Source: the human T2T-CHM13v2.0 reference genome, Homo sapiens
DNA length: 64,000 nucleotides
Strand: one strand, 5' to 3'
Assembly: GCF_009914755.1 (NCBI RefSeq)
Contig: NC_060934.1
This document shows positions 58,270 to 64,000 of the stretch, one piece after another. A program made the position numbers and the translations under genes. The notes beneath the pieces were generated by a model. It was not told the DNA's origin and searched no databases. It worked only from the letters and a program-made list of their open reading frames with translations. Within the stretch, counting starts at the first letter, position 1. Each line of letters begins with the position of its first letter.

Positions 58270-58765
58270 GAAACCCTCCTCTTCCATATTCATGCAGTGG
58301 CTGTAACACTGTGGATTCTCTCATAAAAAGGTGGAAACTCTTCTCCACCTGTTGCATCCAGGTTGGTGAAGTGAGTCACAGTAGCCAGACAAACATGACC
58401 TAGCGTGGTTTCAAAAGCACACTGGAGCCTTCCATCACTGCTCTTAGAACCCCACTACTGCCTTGGGAAGCGCCCTGGGCTAACCTGCTGGGTGATGATA
58501 TACGTGTGGCCCTATCATCTCTTCACCCTAAAAGACAGCCTTCCAAACACCAGATATGCGAGTGCAGTCACCTAGATAATCCTGTTGCCAGGGGATGCTC
58601 CAGCTATCCACAGGTGCATGAGGGAGCCCAGATGTTTCCAGCCGAACTGGCCAAAACCCTGTGAACTTCCCGGCTGACAGACAAAATTTTGAGCTAAAGG
58701 AAAGGTTGCTGTCTTAAGCCACTGAGATATGGGAGTGTGGGGTATTTTAACGCAACAAAAGCTGC
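58270..58765 (+). mobile_element. MLT1G/H-like LTR
   Basis: gggctaacctgctgggtgatga...caccagatatgcgagtg...tgcatgagggagcccag...ggttgctgtcttaagccactgag. Confidence 0.7.
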
Positions 58766-59830
58766 AGGTGCTTCAAAATCCTAATGTAAAGCCACATCCG
58801 GAGTGCAGAAGAAACAGGCACGAGGGGTAAAGGGTGGTTGCAGAAAATGCTTTTAGTAGGGTCCTTTCTCTCCATCACAGCATCCTCAGTTGGTTGTTGT
58901 CATGGGTTTCCACTTTGAGGCGAAAAAAAAAAAATCAAAATCGCCAAATCAAAATTTGTCAGCTCTGTTCTGGGATAGTCAAGTATAAACGGGACTCAAA
59001 TCTGGCTGGCTGGGGCTTTGGTGGTGCTAGCTTTAGGTGAAACGTATAAACCATAGCTGAAAATGTAGCCCTCTCTCTGGGAATTAGTGTTACCGTCCTT
59101 GCTAGCTGACAACAATTGGAAATACGAGTCTACAGGGAAAAGCAATGAGGAAACCTATGTGTCTAAAATGTAAAAGATAAAATAAAATTGTACAACTTAC
59201 CACAGAGAAAACAAAAAAACAGAAACAGATCAAGAAAATATAAGAAAGCTTTAAATATCCCAAAGTGATGAGATAAAATTGGTAACATGAAATTTTAAAA
59301 AATAATTATAAAGAAAAAAATCCCAATTATGGAAACTACTGGATAGCAAATGCCAAACAGTGGAGATAAGCATATCAGGGATAATTGTACTGAACAGCGC
59401 AATAGATGCAGATTCCAAATGGATTTTCGAGCCGGAAGCTCTGTGGGGCCCAGCTCTGCTCCTGGCTTCCGGCCCCTAAGCTCGTGAGCTCCATGGGAGC
59501 CTCACCTGCTCCTCCTTTGCTGAGGGTCTATTGACAGGTTCACCTTCTGGGCCTCCTGCCATGTCTTATGCTTCTGACACATTCTTTGAGATGCTAACAT
59601 TATTGCATTTTGTCTGCAGTGTGTAGAGGGGAGGTCAGCATTAGCTGTGACTTCCCACACGATTCCCAGCTCCGTCTTCACCATATGTGCAGCCTGACCC
59701 TGAACCCTAGAAAACTGCGCTGGCATTTCCAACAAGCAGGCCACCTTCCAATTCTGTCTTGCTGCCAAATCAAACATAAACATTACCAGGATAAATATAT
59801 AACTAAATAATTTTTAAAAATAGGATTGGG

Positions 59831-60140
<310 letters not shown>

Positions 60141-60699
60141 TTAGTTTATATTCCAATTAATCTTCCCCATTTCCACATCAATATAGCAATTACGTTATGA
60201 GTACATGTCAAGGGATTTCTAGTATCTCCAAGATGTACACAGTAAGAAATTAATCATGGAACACCACTTAGTATATGGGGTAATGTTTTTCACAAATAAT
60301 AAAAGTCATTCCTTGTTTTCCAGTCGGTGTTTCAACATGATGTTAACTGCAGACTTTAATACACTTAGAGCTGAAAAGTGCTTCCTTGACCAAAGTGTGC
60401 TTAGCAAAATGTAATTAATAATAGTGCTCTGATTCTGGCTTTAAAAAAGTGTTTTAGAGCAGATGACATTGAAACAACAGAGCTGTTTAAAAGTCTAATT
60501 GATCTCTTAAATTGTTTAGAAAAACATATTCAAAGGAATAAAGTGTATTTCTGCTTAAAATAAATGGAAAAACTGAATCACAAGTGAACTGCACCAAAAA
60601 CAATAGAAATCAAAGAAAATATGCAGGTTTTATAACTTTTTAAAAATGCCTTTAAGTCAGAAATCCTAAGTTATTGAAAATTTTACTGTGTCATTTATT

Positions 60700-61020
60700 T
60701 TCAAAATTTTGTTTTTTAATTGACAAATAATAATTGTTCATATTCATGGGGTACACAGTGACGTTTCCATACCTATAGTGATTAGACCAGAGTCATTAGC
60801 CCACCATCGTCTCAAAGTTGATCATGTCTTTGTATTGGGAACATTCAGTATTCTCCTTCTGGCTATCTGAAACCATATATTATTGTTAACTATAGTCATC
60901 CTACAGTGGTACGGAAACAAGAACTTCCTCCCGTCCAGCTGAAATTTGTATCATTTAACACATCTCTCCCTATCCCTCCACTTCCCCTCCCCTTCCCAGG
61001 CTCTGGCATCTTCTGTTCTA
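60700..61020 (-). mobile_element. L1MA 3' end
   Basis: taattgacaaataataattgttcatattcatggggtaca...ttattgttaactatagtcatcctacagtg...ccttcccaggctctgg. Confidence 0.85.
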
Positions 61021-62654
61021 TTTTTTTTTTTTTTAGAGTGTCATGGAAACCTCAGCTATGGGGAGAATAGAGAGCTACCTGATGTGTATCTTCAGTGTTC
61101 CCAGAGTCCTTTACCCAGACTCTTCCCAGATCAGTGTGCATTTCTCTTGATGTTATTTATCAGTGTCTCCCAGGCCTGCTACTCCCCATGCCCAACCACA
61201 CATCATGCAAACACTTTGAAGCCACAGTTTGGCTGAATATTGTTATGCTCAGAGTAGGAGAATTGTACCCGAATGTAAGCATTATTCTATAGGATGGGTT
61301 ATCCTCTTCATACATTTTGAATATATTTTGGGTTTTATTGCTAAAGAACATGAAATCAGCTGATGGCCTCTGCTGAGTATGTCCTCCAAATTAATCCACT
61401 ACATGTTCAAGACTGTCTCTTGATGCACATGGAAATCCAGGTATCATGCCTTTCCAAAGACATTTTCCTTCACTAGAATTGCTTTTAGTAATTTGTTAGT
61501 TATTTTTTACCCTTTTCTCTGAAAGCAGTTCATACAGTTTTTGAAGTATTCCTCAGTCAAAATGTGTAAATGCCTGTGAGCTGAAATAAGTTCTATAGAG
61601 AGATGTTACTGATTCTGCTAATAAACGAATTACTCAAGCACTTAACATTTAGAAGTGAGGTATATCTTCATGGCTTTCACGACATTAATTATTTCATATT
61701 CTTATTTTCAGTCCCAAGTAGGCCCTGTTATCCGAGTTTCTGTCTCTAAGTGCGCTGTTAAGGTTAAAAAAAATTGACAGTCCTGGTCATATCTTAAAAC
61801 TCCTCTTCCATACACAAATATGGTGACTCAGATGTGAGACTTTAGAAACGAAATCCTGCCCCATCAGCTCTCTTCCTTGGGTTCTTCACCGAGAAATTTA
61901 AATTCTCATTTGTGAAATCCTGACCAGAAAGAATTTATGACAGTTCTAGCCTCTTTAACATATTGATCCAGCTTGTAGGTTCAGTTTATCTTTGAAAATG
62001 ATCATTGACCAGACATTCTACACAGTGGTTCAAAATAACATGTAGAGAAAGGACTGTTATTATCTCATAAAGACATGCATTATTCAACCCAGTCCTTTTA
62101 AAATAGCTGCTTTAAGCTCACATTAATTGACATTCCAATAAGGCAAGGAACAAAGGTTGGATTCTTTGGGTTAAGATAGCACTGCCTTGTAATATAAAAT
62201 ATGCATATAAAAACACTTGGTCTGTGGAATATATTTCCTAATTTCATCCTAAAAAACACATTGATGACATTTTCAATGTAGGATTAATGATATTACAATG
62301 CTTATTATTGATTTGCATAATGAGTGATGCAATGAGCATTAATGATTTTTCCATTACATTCCAAATAAAAATGTTCCTCCAGTAATAGAAAGTCTCCTTG
62401 ATGAATGAGTGACCTGCATTTCAGTGAGGACTGAAACTGAATCCTATACATTTTTACCTTCTTCTCCCATTAGGCTTCAGGATGAAGCAACCAAGCTTGA
62501 CGACATCAAAGAAATGATTCTAAATCAAGCATGAAGAATTTGCCAAGGAGCGATTGCCTGTTGAGGGAGGTTTTGAAAGTTCTTTACTGGAAATATGAAT
62601 AAATGAAGTTAATTTCAATGGCAAAAGATGGTTATTATAAAACTAATACGTGTT

Positions 62655-62997
62655 GTGTGTTGAGTAATAGCTCCCCAAGGATATGTCTATGTTCTCATAC
62701 TCAGACCTTGTGAATGTGACCTTCTTTGGAAAAAGGGTTTTTGCAGATGCTCAGGACCTTGAGATGAGTAAGATCCTCCTGGATTACATGGGTGGACCCT
62801 AAATCCAGTGACAAGTACAAGTATCCTCATAAAAGTCAGAAGAGGAGAAGACATGAGCACACAAAGAGAGAAGGAAATATAACCATGGACGTGAAGATTG
62901 GAGTATGCTCCTAAATGGTCAGGAACCACGGGACTCACCAGAGGCTGGAAGAGGCAGGGAAGGATCCTTCCCTAAAGCCAGTGGAGAGAACGTAGGA
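62655..62997 (+). mobile_element. MLT1C/D-like LTR, 3'-truncated
   Basis: tgtgaatgtgaccttctttggaaaaagggtttttgcagatg...ggaccctaaatcc...caccagaggctggaagaggcagggaagg. Confidence 0.82.
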
Positions 62998-63327
62998 TTT
63001 CCACAAGATCTTCTGGGACGTGGTGCCCAGACCTTGGAGGAAAAGTACATGGAAACAAATAAAATAATTTGGTTGTGCCAGTGCATTTGGGAGATTTAAT
63101 TCAGAAGATGCATTCACCAGACTGATCAGGAAAAGCAAAAGACCAGTATTTGCCTGGAAGCAAAAGTAATACTGTCACAAAGGCTGATATTCTTATCCTG
63201 CAAAGCCCACATATTCTCTTGTATGGGAATCCCTACAGGGGAAACCAGATGGAAATCAAACATTGTTTGTTGAGCATGAAATCAGAACTAAAGGGATTAG
63301 TTAGCCAATTTTATTATTTAATGGCAC

Positions 63328-63668
63328 TGATATGGTTTGGCTGTGTCCCCACCCAAATCTCATCTTGAATTCCCACGTGTTTGGGGAAGGACCCGGTGGG
63401 AGGTAATTGAATCAAAGGGCAGGTCTTTCCCATGCTGTTCTCGTGATAGTGAATAAGTCTCATGAGATCTGGTGGTTTTATAAGTGGGAGTTTTCCTGTA
63501 AATGCTCTCTCTCTTTTCCTGCTGCCATCCATCTCCTTTTTGCCTTCTGCCATGATTGTGAGGCCTCCCCACCCACATGGAGCTGTAAGTCCCATAAACC
63601 TTTTTCTCTGTATAAATTAGCCAGTCTCGGGTATGTCTTTATTAGCAGCATGAAAACGGACTAATACA
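63328..63668 (+). mobile_element. THE1A-like solo LTR
   Basis: tgatatggtttggctgtgtccccacccaaatctcatcttgaattcccacg...gaaaacggactaataca; degenerate TSD ggcac/atcac. Confidence 0.95.
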
Positions 63669-64000
63669 ATCACTGAAGCTAAATAGCCTAAACATCTATT
63701 CCCTGATAGAGATTTTATTGTCAATAAGATAGAATATTAAAAATCTACTTTTTAAGCCTCCCTTTTTTGATGTCACTGGGAGTGTTTGTGCACATCTTTT
63801 CACTTGTTTTTCTCTTATTTGGAACCCTGATAAGTCTAGCTCGTCTAGCAGCCCACTCATAGTTTTTAAGTGACTATTTTTTTCTGCTCTAATCCATTAG
63901 AAGTTGTTTTGAGGTTAACTGTCAGAGGGCATTTTCCCCCAATTACCCACTTCTGCTGCTAGCTGCTCACTGCAAATCCTTGTTGGTTAGCAAGCTGCAA

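Overview
This is primate genomic DNA, hominid-type and most likely human (it carries AluY and an L1PA2-like element). It is AT-rich and intergenic or deep-intronic. I recognise no protein-coding exon, RNA gene, CpG-island promoter or CRISPR array, and nearly all listed ORFs are by-products of Alu, L1, LTR or tandem-repeat sequence. The window holds about 20 Alus, old and young L1 fragments, MaLR solo LTRs (MLT1, MST, THE1), DNA-transposon fossils (two MER75, MADE1, Tigger3, MER5, MER33, MER53, MER94) and an unusually high density of minisatellites. The most notable structures are: (1) two full-length piggyBac MER75 elements in inverted orientation about 2 kb apart, each in its own TTAA site and carrying a PGBD4-like N-terminal remnant; (2) a ~260-bp copy of a VNTR end from 4.5 kb away pasted into an L1, with a scrambled multi-step template-switch junction; (3) a pristine 5'-truncated AluY with a pure 56-A tail and perfect TSD, probably polymorphic; (4) a textbook branch point/poly-Y/AG|GTGAG motif resembling a recursive splice site; (5) chimeric and trimeric Alus, and an L1PA2 that re-used an Alu monomer's target site. 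Repeat subfamily names come from remembered consensus sequences and need RepeatMasker/Dfam confirmation.
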